Made by a program: the position numbers and the translations under genes. The notes under the pieces are model-generated. The model searched no databases, had not been told where the DNA came from, and saw nothing but the letters and a program-made list of their open reading frames with translations. From assembly GCA_022813865.1 (NCBI GenBank), contig JALDZX010000111.1, positions 1-34,284 on the forward strand: a stretch of 34,284 bases of DNA, in the 5' to 3' direction. Below, one piece after another: positions 1-12,867 of this stretch. The stretch comes from Xylographa opegraphella. Taxonomy: Eukaryota. The number at the start of each line of letters is the position of its first letter. The first letter of the stretch is position 1.

Positions 1-75
1 ATAAAATAAAATAAAATAAAATAAAATAAAATAAAATAAAATAAAATAAAATAAAATAAAATAAGATAAAATAAA
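1..75. repeat. (ATAAA)n pentanucleotide microsatellite, runs off the window start
   Basis: About 15 near-perfect ATAAA units, with one ATAAG variant at 61-65. Confidence 0.97.
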
Positions 76-2769
76 ATATAATATAATATTTTTTAATTAT
101 TTATGTTTCGTAGTTTAAAAAAAGTTAAAAAGATCGTCTCGTAGTTAATATACGATTTTTGAATAAAATTTTAATCTCGAATTTATACTTTATATTGTTA
201 TAAATAAAGATTATCGTTATAATACGCGAAGCAATATATATATTAATTAATTTTTAATTTTCATCGAAATCGCCTCGCAATCGTATTATATCAAAAATAA
301 TTAATATTTAATATTGTATAAATAAATTATTATTACAACCTCGTTTATATATAAAGAAATCGACGATATTATTGAAAATATATAATTTACTGTAAAATAT
401 ATATCAACAATAAAGTAATTTATTCGATAATATCAAAACAAGATTTTATTTATAAGCAGTTTTTTCGTACTTTTTTAAATATAATATATATTGAGTTTTA
501 AAATAAAATTTTCCCAAATTATTTAAGATTAAAGTTATTAAATTAAAAAATTAATATTTTTAATTTTGTAACTATAAAGAATAAGCTTAAAATTAGTTTT
601 TTAAAAATAATTTTTACGATATTATGTAAATTCCAAATATATTTAAAGATAATTAGATATTTTCGCAATTACGTCGCGAAGTATATTTATTCAGCGCCGC
701 TATTAAAAAAATGTAAAAAAAATATTTAATTAAAATTTCGCAAAATAAAATATTATTAATATATAACGTAAAAAAGCGGCAGTTAATTCACTCGTAAATA
801 GTTTAATTTTCATCAAATTTAAAAAATTTAAAAACGTTTTTGGTAATATATTTATTTTAACGTATTTAGCCTATTTCGATAATTTTTTTATAATATTAAT
901 ACGTTATAAAAACGCGAAATAAAAGTTTATATTAATTATATTAAAAATATTAACGAGTATTGAAATACGTTTACTATTTTATTCGATATTAAATTACTTT
1001 TTAAAATAATAAACGCTAATATTATAAATTCAATTTTTATGTTAAAATACTCCGATATTTAATTTACTATATATTTAAGTACAGCCTGAATCAATACAGA
1101 AATAGAATATTAATTTATCAAAATAAAAATAATACATTTAATTTAAAGTATTAAAATAATTAATATATATTGAAAGCCGTAGAAAGATTAACCCTGATAA
1201 TATATGTTAGTTACTTTGCAAATACTGCTATCGCGGTTTAAATTAATTTATTAATTATGAATATTTCAAATTTTAATCTACGATTTATTTAAACTTTAGA
1301 ATATTTTTAAAGATATAAATTTATCGTTAAATTTAAATTTGGCCCATGTTATATCGTATTGAATATTACTTCCAAACTAAATAGTAATAATACGCGTAAC
1401 GATTACGATAAATTTAATAATAAGTTTTATCATTTATATATTTATTAAACGATCATGATAAAAATATTGTTCAATTTTGAAATTAAATTTATTATTAGAT
1501 ATAAAAACGATACCTGTTGACGTAAAATCTTTAAAAAAAATCCGTAAAAACGATATTTTAAATAAATACGTGATATGTCTTTCGTACGAAAAAAGCAATA
1601 AATTTTATATTTAATAAATTTTAATAATAGTCGAAAAAGACTATATATATTGTATAATTTAATAAAAAACGTATTATATACAGTGCACGATTTGTACGAC
1701 TGTTTAAAGTATTATTATATTTACGAAAAAATCACGTTTTTTGTATATTTATTATTTTAAATACTATTTTAAAATATATATTAAATATTATTAATTATAT
1801 TTTAAAAATTAAATTAAACGATATAAATTTTAAAAAGAACTAACTAATTTTAACGCCTAATATTTTTTATCACTAAGAAATATTTATTTTTATTTTATTA
1901 AAATTAGAATGAGAATACAACTGCTGCCTGATCGTATTATATGAATCTAGTAAAAATTGGTATAATATTAAAAAAGTCTTCATACGATAAAAAATTAAAT
2001 TAAAAATTGTTAACAAACTTTTAAATCGCCGAATAATTTATTCTAAAAATTATACATTTGAATAAAAACAGAAATCTTTTGTCGAAACTGTAAAAAAAAC
2101 TTTTTCGAATTTTTAACACAAAATTACTATATTTTATTATATATTATTCTTAAATCGACAATTAATTAAAAAAATTATTAAAATTATTAAAATAATTTTA
2201 TAATATATGATTGTAAAATTAAAAATACCTGGGGATTAATCGAATATTTTGCTAATTTTATAAATAATATTTAATAATTTAGTAGGTTCGATTACTGCAA
2301 AATCGGCAAATAAATTTATATAAAAATATATCTAAACGAAAGATGTAATATATTAAATTTAGCGATTTTTTTCAATAAGTTTTCACGATAAAAAACGGCG
2401 TACAGCTTTTAACGATATAAAATATAAAAAAAATTTTTTTGCGAATATATTAACAAAAAAATACTAGGATAAAAAATATACCGCGAGTTTTCTATTACTC
2501 CACGATTACGCGATAATTTATTTATATAAAAAATATAATATTCTTATCGTTTTTGATAAAAAAAAATTTTACATGTAAAATCTTTCAAAATCCTTAGAAA
2601 AATAGAATTGTTAATATATTGACTCGATTTTTCTAGAATTAAAAAATTTATTTAATTTTTCCGATTGTATAGTTTAATTTTATGTTAAATTTAAAATTCG
2701 ATTTTTATTATAAATTTATTCTTGATTAACCTGCGGCGATATATATTAGTAATTGCGAAAAGAAATCCT

Positions 2770-2925
2770 TTAAATTAAATCAATTATCAATAAACGGGAA
2801 AAAATATTACGTAAAAAACCCGTCGTAGAATACTTAATTAAGTAAAGAAAATACGGACTAAAATATAATTAATAATCAAAAATTTTAACCGAAGTACGAA
2901 AGCTTATTAACGATTATAATAAAAT
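2770..2925 (+). pseudogene. Chromodomain remnant at the integrase C-terminus (copy A1)
   Basis: gaa tac tta att aag taa aga aaa tac gga cta aaa tat aat restores by reversing transitions to EYLIKWRGYGPEYD, matching the Y.IKW.GY chromodomain consensus. Confidence 0.8.
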
Positions 2926-3099
2926 TATAAAAAATATGTTTATTACGTTTAGTCGAAAATTATTAAAATCGATAGAAAAAAATAATACTAACGTATTATT
3001 ATTAGCGAGAAAAATTAATTAAAAATTAATTTAAAAATATGTATATTTATATATAAATTTATTTAGCGTAAACGCTAAAAACTTTTGATTAAAAAAATT

Positions 3100-3262
3100 T
3101 ATTACGAATTTTGAATTCCGAACTTTCATTTAATTTATATTTTTTTGCTCTGTTTGCATATTCTAACGAGTTACTATATGATTAAACCTTTTTCATAATT
3201 ATAATTCAATTTTTTCACATTATTATAAATTATAAATTTTGTAGTCAAACGCTTACCTCATG
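3100..3262 (+). repeat. Family A LTR (3' LTR of A1)
   Basis: Aligns with 12697-12867 (+) and 6683-6851 (-). It is preceded by an A-run that is probably a mutated polypurine tract. Confidence 0.85.
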
Positions 3263-5653
3263 TTTTCCGATTACGAAATTCGTACGTTAATTATTAAAAA
3301 CTTTGTTATTAAATATCGAGTTTGAAAAAAAATATATATATATAAATATAAAAAACTGCTAAATTTAATTTCGATTTTATTAATATTATTCATTAAAAAA
3401 TTTTAAATTTTTATAAAAATTATATCTTATAAGTTTTAATAAACGAGATACAACTTATTATTAAATAATATTTACGTAAAGATTTTAAATATATTCAACG
3501 AAAAAATCGTTATTTTGATTAAATACCTTCGAATTATTTACGAGTTTTTTGTTTTTATCGTCGTTAAAGGCGAGTTTTAAACTTTTTTATATAATTTTAT
3601 TTTAAAAAATTGTTTTAAATTTTATTTCGCTAAGAAATTTAATTAGTAAATTTGTTACTACGTATTAAATATATCTAATTAAATTCAATTAATATAAATA
3701 ATGTAAATTAATTTTTGCATCGAATTTACAGGCCGCCTTCAAAAATTATATATTTTATTTATGTTGAACTTTCCTCACTTGTAAAGTAATATAATTTTAA
3801 TAAATTATATATATTATATATCAATAATAAATTAATGTTGTTTTAATTTATTATATTAATTTTTAAGGTATTTATATTTTTATTGAAAACATAAGCTTTT
3901 TATAAAATAAAATCATTTTTTTATTATTATAAAAAGATATTTTAATATTTTATTGTAATAAATAAATTAAATAAAAATTACTGCTACAAAAATTAAATTA
4001 TATATATTTAGAAACAAATTATCTTAAAGTTTTTAAATAATTGATATATCAAACTCGTTGGCTTTTTTACGCACGTTATACTACAGTATTAATATTAATT
4101 TTGTATCGTTTATATCTTTCGTTATTTTATGATAATTTGTATATTTATTAAACTAACGTTTAATATGCTCGAGGGTATCGCCTTATTTTTTAATTTAATA
4201 CGAATATATTTTACGCTATTATTATTTCAGCCGTTGCTTAATTCGTTATTTTAATAATATTGAATGGGGTTTTGAAATATATAAATTTTTGAAAATATTC
4301 GTAAAATTTAATGTAAAATTTTAACTTTATTATTTTAATTATTTTACGCGTTTGAAGTTTTTTTAGTACGTCGTGACTACGTAGTTTTAAAAGTAACGGG
4401 ATAAAATTCAATTTGTTATAATATATCGCTAGTATTTTTTTATTAAATTTTTACCGGGCCAATATTAAACCAGGTTTCGTAATTTTATTTCAAATAAAAT
4501 ATATATCTTTCAATATTATTATTTAAATATTCGTATTCGATGCTGCGATATGAATTCGTACAATATTCGTATATTTTTAATTATTTATACGCCTTTCTTT
4601 TATATTCGTATCATTATTATTTATAGTTTACTATAATTTTATTTTTTTTCGAATGATTTACAGTTTTTGATTTCGTATTTTTTATAATTCTTTAAGATTA
4701 ATACGTTAATTTGCTTCACAAACGCTAATTTCAAGATTATTAATTTAAAAATGCTGTTTATTTTGATTATTAGTTTTCATTACGCTATACGTATCATTTA
4801 TAAATTTCAATATAATATTTCATTTTATTCCATTAAAGATTTATATATTATACGCAAAATAATTATATCGATCGATTATTTTCTAACCTCGTATATTATT
4901 ATCGAATACGTTTTATAATAAATAATAATCTTTAAAATCATTTTAATACGCCAGTTCGTATTTAATATTGAATATTTTTTAAAACAAATATTTAAAAGTT
5001 ATAATATTTAACTTTTGCTCGATAGTTTGCGTATCGCCAGCGTTGTATATATATTATATATTTTTTAATTATTTACAAATTTTATTATATAATTTATATA
5101 AAATAGCGCTAAAGTTATTTTTATTTATTTAATCTAAATATTTATTTTTTTAATTTTTAACTTTATTTTATTTTTATTACTACGTTCGGATTTCGCTCTT
5201 TATTCGTTGAGATAATAATTTAAGTTTAAAATATCGCTGGTTTTTTCGCTAATACGAAAGAGGTTTTTTATTAAAATTTTATTGTTAATAAATTTAAACG
5301 TTTATAAAATATTTATATTTTATATTTTTTAAATCTTTATCGACGAATTGATTATTAAATTAAGAGCGATAACGATACGTAGGAGAATTATTCAAATTTC
5401 GCCATTAAAAATTTTATAATAAAGAAATCTATATTAATATTTTTAATAATCGCGTTTATATAATATTCGTGATTTTTTAACTATGAATTAAAAGCTAATT
5501 AATTTAGACACTTTTGATTTGAGGCCCTTAATAAAACATTTATCGCGAAAGAAATTAATGTAAATTCGACGATACATACACTCGTAAAATACGAATGATT
5601 ATGAAAGTGCTTTTCAAGAATTGGTGTCGTCGATGTGAAATTGTTCCACGATA
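3263..5653 (-). mobile_element. Degenerate Gypsy fragment of a related family (D): putative LTR (~5482-5653), gag, protease, up to the start of RT
   Basis: The reverse complement of ~3270-3900 loosely resembles 19500-20040 of family A. Positions 5482-5653 form a GC-richer ~170-bp block that reads TATCGTGG on the minus strand (possibly a mutated TG start) and truncates copy A1'. Confidence 0.5.
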
Positions 5654-6851
5654 TTTATTTTATTTTAATTTATTAATATATTTAAATAAAACAAAAGAAT
5701 ATTAATCGATCATTAATAAATATTACTTTTGTTTTTATCGTTTAATCGTTTTAATTCATTAAACCAGACGAACTGGAGGAATTGAAAATTTTTATTAAAA
5801 CAAAAAAATATATATATTACATTATCAATTTTCAAAACTTTTTTTATTAAATTTGATCAAATTTAGTACTTTAATATCTATTATCATTTATATATTTTGT
5901 TTTTTAAGGTATTAAAAGATTCGAGTACGTTCGATTTTTAAATTATTTTCTATTATAAATATTTAATCGGTTATTAATAAAAATAGTAAAATTTATAAAA
6001 GAATAAATTTTACTGTAAAATTTCTTTTAGTATCCATTTTTTTTAAAAAAAACTTTAATAATAATATAAATTAATTTTAGTAATTTTTTTACGTCGAATT
6101 TATAATTCTTTTATTAATTGTTTAATTTTGGTCTTAAATTGAAAATTTTTTATTTTTTATTTATATTGTTTAAAGTCAATCGATAAAACGAATTAATTCG
6201 AAATAATCAAATTAAAAGTTAATAAATTAAATATTATTAATCGTAATCTGCCTAACAAAGTTTTTAAAAGGGGAAAAAAATATATTAAATAAATGAATAA
6301 TTAGTTTCGATAAAAATTTCGAAACGAATAGACTCGAATCATTATAGCGTTTTCGATCGAAAAAATTACAATAAATATAAAAATTCTACTAAATTTTTTT
6401 TAATAATACAGATTGAGGGTTCTTCTGTGAGAAAAATAAAAAAGCTACCTTATTTATTAAAAACACGATTTAGGAAATAATAAATTAATTAATTTAAAAA
6501 AGTATTTTTATATTTATAAAGTAATGAAAACAAAAAATAAAATAAAAACCGTTGCGAAAATAATAATAAATTAAATTTATAAAAAGAATGACTTCCTGAA
6601 GGGCTAAATTTTTCAATTAATAAAATTAACTAGCTATTTTTAATGTTTTAAATAATAAAATAATATCGATAATATTATTATTTATAAGATGAGTGCCTGA
6701 TCACAGAAATTATAATTTATAGTGGTGTAAAAAATTGAATTATAATTATGAAAAAAAGTTTAGCTATATAGTGGCTCGCTAAAATATGTAAACAGAGTAA
6801 AAAAAAGGAAATACAAATCAGGTTAAAGTTCAAAACCCAGAACTCGTGATA
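5654..6851 (-). mobile_element. Family A Gypsy 5' fragment A1' (5' LTR plus leader/gag N-terminus)
   Basis: Its reverse complement aligns continuously with 12697-13747 and then 17128-17280. Confidence 0.85.
6683..6851 (-). repeat. Family A LTR (5' LTR of A1')
   Basis: The reverse complement starts TATCACGAGTTCTG and ends ATCTTATA (mutated TG...CA). It is followed by the same leader as 12868 onward. Confidence 0.88.
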
Positions 6852-8101
6852 AAAATTTATTAATAAACTATATTTTTTTATGATTCGCGAATCGAAAAAG
6901 TTTATTAATTATATGATTATATATTTCGTAAATTTTTAATTTTTTTTATAAATTAATCAATAATTTATTTTATTTTTATTATTATCGTAAAATAATCCTT
7001 TAAATTAAAAAAAATTATACGTTATTTTTTGGAATAATTTATTCTAAGTACAGTCGCGCGAATATTCATAAAATAAAGGTATTAAAAATAAATTTAATAA
7101 CGACTTTAATAATTTATTTGAAAAAATTTCAATTATCAAGTTTTTTAAATTTTAATATATTATAACGACGAATTGAATCGATTTAAGAAACAAAATCATA
7201 AAATTTTCGTAATTTAATACTATTTATCGATCGTAAATAATTTTTCAATGTTTTTTACCTTTTGATTAACGTTTGTTTTTATTTAATATTCAATTTTGTT
7301 TTATTAAGATTTAATATATTTTTCTAGTAAGGTTTTTTAGTTTAAGTATAATTTTTTAACGTTTTTCGCTCGTGAAAATATGGCGAATAAAATAAACGTT
7401 AAAAATATATTATTTGTTGTTATTAAATTTAATCAAATTTACAAAAATTTTCGACCAAATATTTTATAAATAATACAGGAAAAGTTGTCTGTAAATAAAA
7501 AATAAAAAATAAGGTTGATTAATTATTTAATTTGAACTGCAAAATATTTTAAAGAAAAATATCACGACAGCTATCGTAAAAGTGAAATAAAAAATAAAAT
7601 TAATAAATGTGAAATGCAAGATTTTGAGCTCGAGATGCAATACGTATTTGATTTATCAAGTTGAAATTAAGAAGGGAAGTTCAGAGCCGCAGATTTTAAT
7701 TATATATATATTGAGTTTCCTAAATGGAAAATCACGCTCAGGATACGAGCAGTCGAAAATCACGTTCAAAATGCAGGCAGATAAAACAGGCGACAAATAA
7801 CTAAATAAATCGAACCTTATTGTGAACCTTTCATTTTACAATAAAATGAATAAAAATTTTAATAAATGTTCTTTAAATAATGCAGTTAAATAAAGCGTTA
7901 ATATTTGTTAATTAAATATTTTCTGGAATATAATTTAAAAAAATAATATGCAATACGAAGCTATATTTTGCTAAATATTTTATAAAAAATATACTAATAA
8001 TAAACCTTGCGAAATAACTAAAATGATATTGTAATCAATAAAAATAAAAAATAAAAATCGATTAAAGTATAAAAAATAAACGACGCAGATTAATAATGTA
8101 A
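6852..8101. mobile_element. Heavily mutated unassigned retroelement remnant (possibly RT), interrupted by a solo LTR
   Basis: Same mutational composition as the flanking elements. Only a weak LPFGL-like trace near 7250-7275; no decisive motif. Confidence 0.3.
7608..7840 (-). repeat. Family B solo LTR with 5-bp TSD ATAAA
   Basis: Inverted termini TGTGAAATG...CATTTTACA. ATAAA lies at 7603-7607 and 7841-7845. It is the reverse complement of 8102-8364. Confidence 0.92.
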
Positions 8102-8364
8102 TATAAAATATGAAATTCGAAGTAACGTTCGATTTGTTTGCCTGTCTGTTTATCGATATATTATTTATCTGCCGGCCTGCCTGTCTGTTGATTTATATTT
8201 TAAACGTAATTTTTAACTGCACGCATCCTGGGCGTGGCTTCCTAATTAGGAAATTCAATATATGTATAATTAAAATCTGCGATTTTAAACGCTTTCCTCC
8301 TTAATTTTAATTTAATAAATCAAACACGTATTGTACCTTTAAGTTAAAACCCTTGTATTTTATA
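8102..8364 (+). repeat. Family B LTR (5' LTR of B1)
   Basis: Aligns with 13748-14193, 16858-17127, 23098-23546 and the reverse complement of 7608-7840. Confidence 0.9.
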
Positions 8365-9972
8365 TATTAATTTTTTTATTATAATCGCTTGGTCAAAGAA
8401 GCGTATCTTTTGTTCGTTTTTTTCGATTACGTTTATTTTATATAACATTACCTTCCATATGCATTTAAACTGCGGTTACTTTTTAAATAAATATAAATAA
8501 ACTACTTATATTAAATTTTATAATTAACGATAAAGCTAGTATATTATAAAATAATTTTTCTAAATAAAATAAACGTATTGAAAAAGGTCGCTCGAAGTAC
8601 TATAATTATATTTAAAAAATTTTAAATTTAAACCCGGCGAACGTTTATAAATTCAATAACGATAAATTAAACGCCTTTGAAATAGTTTAAAATAATTATT
8701 TGCTTGAATTACGTATATAAATATTATTAACTTTATTTAATAAGTTTAATTAAAATTGTATTATAAAAAATTGGTTATTTATATTACATATATATATATC
8801 ATCGTTATATATTAACGAGTTTATACTGCGAAACCTCGAAAAATATTTATTTATATTGAAGTATATAATATTAATAATATATATCTAGGAACTCGCGCTT
8901 CGCGAAATTAATATAAATCGCATTTAATTGACAAAATTTATAATACAATCAAACAGATTTAAAAAGATTTCAATAACTATCGAAATTTAATTATATAATA
9001 TATTTAATTTTTTCTATAATTTACGAATATTTTCTCAATAATCTTTAAAAAAACTTTAAAAAGAATTTAAAAACATTAAAGTTTTAACTACTTTAATACT
9101 ATTATATCAAGACGCAAAAATAATAAAAGTTTTGTTTAATTTTATTACTATTTTATCAATATAAATACTCGAATTATTATTATCGTACAGCGAATTAAAA
9201 AATTACGATATTTTTAAAATCTCGTCTAAATAGCCTTTAATTTATAATAAAACTAAAGACTCAAGGTTTTATTTAATAAATATAAAAACTAATTTGAACA
9301 AAATGTATATACTGTTAATTGAATAAAGCCCGAATATTATACGCGTTTAAAATTTTAAAAAACGAATGAATAATAAAATGTTAATATTAATTTATTAAAA
9401 TAAAAGGGTTCTCCCCCGAGATTATTGTATAATATTGTTTTAAATTTTCAGTAAATAAATATTATAAAAAAATTAATAAAAATACGATAGCGAAGAATTT
9501 GATATTATAATTTATATGCAACCCAGATTAATTAAATCGAAAGTTTATTAATAATTTTAAAAATCTTTTCAACGATATAATATAAAATAATTAGACCGTT
9601 TGTATTGTTTTTAAATTAAAATTATCATCAATAAAATAATAAATCGTATCGTGATTAATTACTTTTTAAAAATTATCGTAAAAGTACGCGGTTTTTAAAT
9701 AAATCGTAGTTCAAGGAAAGGCAAATATAGCGTTAATAAACAATGCGCTTAATATAAAACAAAAAATACGTAAACGCGAAAAAGTAAAAAGAAATATTTA
9801 AAGAAATATTTTAAATATTAATATTATTTTATTAAGCGAAGAATTCTTTTAGAAACGAAAACGTTTAATAAATAACAAACGCGGTTATTAATTAAGAAGA
9901 GTTTTTATAAATATTATAATTTTATCGAATACTATATTAATAAATAATAGTAATTAAAAATATAACACAAAA

Positions 9973-10236
9973 TACGCGCAGGCTCGCAGAATATATATAA
10001 ATTTATATAATCCGCTCAGGATAATATAATGCACGCAGGTTACGCAGACTCGCAAGCTCGCAGGCGCGGCGAATATACACGCAGGCTACGCAGGCCCGTA
10101 GGCGTAGTGAATGCGCGCAGGCCTGCGAAATGCGCCTATTATAATGAAATGCGTGCAGGCCACGCAGGCTCACAGGCCACGCAGGCTCACAGGCCACGCA
10201 GGCATGTAATATGCGCGCAAGCGTAAAAATTCGCGA
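9973..10236. repeat. GC-rich degenerate array of CGCAGG(C) motifs
   Basis: More than a dozen CGCAGG/CACAGG-like motifs, including a tandem 17-mer (GGCCACGCAGGCTCACA) near 10158-10203. Confidence 0.85.
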
Positions 10237-10449
10237 TTATTATAAAAATGGCTATGAAAAATATATTATATAAATTTTTATGCATAATATAAATTTTATA
10301 TAATTATACGACTGGGTTAACCCGATTCAATTTAAAATTTAATTCAGAAAATTAAATTAAATCGGGCCCCCCCTGAATTCAACTCAGGATTCAACTCAGA
10401 TTCAATTCAATTTATAATTCAATGAATTAATTCAAGTTATGCCGCAGTA

Positions 10450-11215
10450 TAAATATATATATACACCCATTTTGAATTATTATAATATCGAATTAATCTC
10501 TATCAAAATGCTTTAATTACGTTTAATTTTTCCTCGATTTTAAATTTTTTTATTGACGCTTTATTTTCTATAATAAAATAATCGCAGTAATAATAAACTT
10601 AATAAAAAAGAAAGTATCTATTTCTTTCGCTATAATTATAATAATAATATTAATATTTGAAAAACAAAATCGATTTCTTTCAAAACCGTTTTTGTTTAAA
10701 TATTTTTATCAAAAAAACGACGTTTCGTATATTACAACGCAAGCGATTTCGCAATTATAAAAAAATCTAAAAATAAAAGAATATTTATCGGCACATTATC
10801 GCGTTTTATTTAAAAAAATAAATCGCTCTCGAATTAAATTATATTATTAAAAATAATATCAAAATTCTAATTGTTATCGCAATTTTCAAAGTTTCAATAT
10901 ATTATTTCAAGGGCGCAAAAGAGTAAATTATAATATATAATAATTATAATAAAATTTTTGCGTTGTGAAACGAGACAAATAAAGTATTTTGTTAATTTTG
11001 ATTTCGTGATTTTATACGTACTTAAAAAATTTAATTTGAATTAATATACCTTTAAAAGGCGTAAATTATATAAACAGTTTTAAATTAAAAAAGAAATTTA
11101 TATTAAATTTTTTTATAAATTCTTTTAAAAAGTTTTTTAATCGCGAATTTATTATAATATAAGGCGCTAAAGAATATTGAATCGCGATATTTCATAATAT
11201 ATAAATCGATTTATT
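10450..11215 (+). repeat. Direct duplicate of the RT C-terminus/RNase H/linker segment found at 11845-12650
   Basis: Colinear matches by eye, e.g. GAATTATTAYAATATCGAATT at ~10474 and ~11869, and CAACGCAAGCGATTTCGC at 10735 and 12132. Confidence 0.85.
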
Positions 11216-12696
11216 ATTATTAAAAACCAATATTTTTAAACCCCTTATATAACCTTTTTAAATTAAAGTTTAAAATATTGAAAAATCTTATTAATACGAA
11301 TCTCGCGTTAAAATTTATTGAAAGTTCTACGAGTTTAATAAACGCGTTTATTTTTATATATAAAAGAAAGTCATTTTTTCAAAATTATATATCGATTATC
11401 GTGGTTTAAATATAATTATAATAAAAAATAAATAATTTTTTTGCTAATTTTTAAATTAATAAATCGGTTATTAAAATTCCGGCGCTTTATACGTTTAATT
11501 TTAATTACGATATTTAATTTGATTCGAATTCAACATAATTAAAAGTAAATAACAACGTTTTAAACGCGATATAAAAATTTCGAATATTATATTATATTTT
11601 TCGATTCTTATGAAACCCTAGAAATATTTTAAGTATATATTAATATTATTTTACGTTTAATAATTAATAAAACAGCAATTGCGTATTTTAATAATATTTA
11701 ATATTTTTAAACGATTTTAAAAATTACGTAAAGAATATAGAGAAATTATTAAAATTATTGCGTAAAAGATTTAATATAAAATTTTTAAAATATTTGTTTA
11801 GCGTTGAATTCATCGATTTTTTTTAATTTATAATTTTTATATTTAATATATATATATTTATTTATTTCGAATTATTACAATATCGAATTGATTTATATTA
11901 AAATATTTTTAAAACGTTTAAATTTTTTTAATTATATAAATCTTTATCGATATTTAAATTTTTATTATTATAAAATCGCCACAGCAATAACGAATTTAAT
12001 AAAGAAAAAAGTATTTATTTCTTTAGTTATAATTATAATATTATTATTAATAGTTAAAAGCTAAAATCGATTTTTTTTAAAAATGTTTTTATTAAAATAT
12101 TTTTATTAGAAAAACGATCTTTTATAAATTTCAACGCAAGCGATTTCGCGATCGCAGAATATTTTTGTAAAAATAAAAAAATATTTTAATATTTTTTCGC
12201 GTTTTATTTAAATAAATTAATCGCTTTCGAGCCGAATTATATTAGAGAAAATAAGGAGTTTTTAATTATCATAACGATTTTTAAAGTTTAGAAATATTAT
12301 TTCAAGCTCGTAAAAAAATCGATTATAATATATAATAATTATAATAATTTACATATATTTAATATTGTAGTAAATTTATCGCGTCGTTAAACGCGTTAAA
12401 TTAAATACTTTATTAATATTAATTTCGTAATTTTATACGTGTTAAAAGAATTAAACTTAGTTAACGTATTTTTACGACGCGCGAATTATATAAATAATTT
12501 TGAATTAAAAAAGAAATTTTTATTATAAATTGCTTACGTAATTTTTTATATATAATTTTTAAATAATTTTGACCGCGAATTAATTATAATATTACGCGTT
12601 AAAAATGTTTAATTGCGATATTTAACGATACATAAATATATTTATCGTTTTGAATTAAATAATTATTAATAAAAAGTAATACGTTTCGTTTCGTAA

Positions 12697-12867
12697 TATC
12701 ACGAGTTCTGAGTTCTGAACCTTAATCTGATCTGTGCTTCCCTTTTTTGGCTCTGTTTGCACATTTTAGCGAGTCGTTATATAGCTGAACTTTATTTTCA
12801 TAATTACAATTTAACTTTTTCATATTATTAGAAATTAGAAATTTTGTAGTTAAATGCTTATTTTACA
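12697..12867 (+). repeat. Family A LTR (5' LTR of A2)
   Basis: TATCACGAGTTCTG...TTTTACA, 171 bp, with two other copies in the window. Confidence 0.9.

Larger units (their letters stand above)
76..3262 (+). mobile_element. RIP-degenerate Ty3/Gypsy chromovirus, family A copy A1 (RT-RNaseH-integrase-chromodomain-3'LTR)
   Basis: YCKIYINN at 388-411 is a mutated YIDD. An integrase HPQ.DGQ-type region lies near 2140-2180 and a GPF-type region near 2575-2680. The chromodomain reads EYLIK*RKYG at 2828-2857. Positions 76-2280 are colinear with 20055-22265. The copy ends in a family A LTR. Confidence 0.88.
8102..12696 (+). mobile_element. RIP-degenerate Ty3/Gypsy family B copy B1 (5' LTR, gag, rearranged pol), truncated by copy A2
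   Basis: LTR at 8102-8364. Positions 8365-8740 match 14194-14575. RT motifs: IDYRGLN at 11391-11411 and AYFNNI (=AYLDDI) at 11681-11698. RNase H NASDFA (=DASDFA) occurs at both 10736 and 12133. Confidence 0.85.

Noticed and set aside
76..6851. A single element split by an inversion (A1 begins near the RT position where the minus-strand fragment ends)
   Set aside because: Positions 3263-5653 diverge from family A and seem to have their own LTR. A1 probably continues beyond the window start. Nested insertion is the simpler explanation.
7609..8304. ORFs 7609-7800 and 8110-8304
   Set aside because: Both lie in family B LTR copies, on opposite strands of the same repeat, and are chance open frames.
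7608..8364. Inverted repeat pair as the ends of a DNA transposon
   Set aside because: The left copy has its own TSD and the right copy is the 5' LTR of B1, so these are independent insertions.
10003..10226. Overlapping ORFs on both strands
   Set aside because: Open frames are expected in a GC-rich repeat, and no domain is recognisable.
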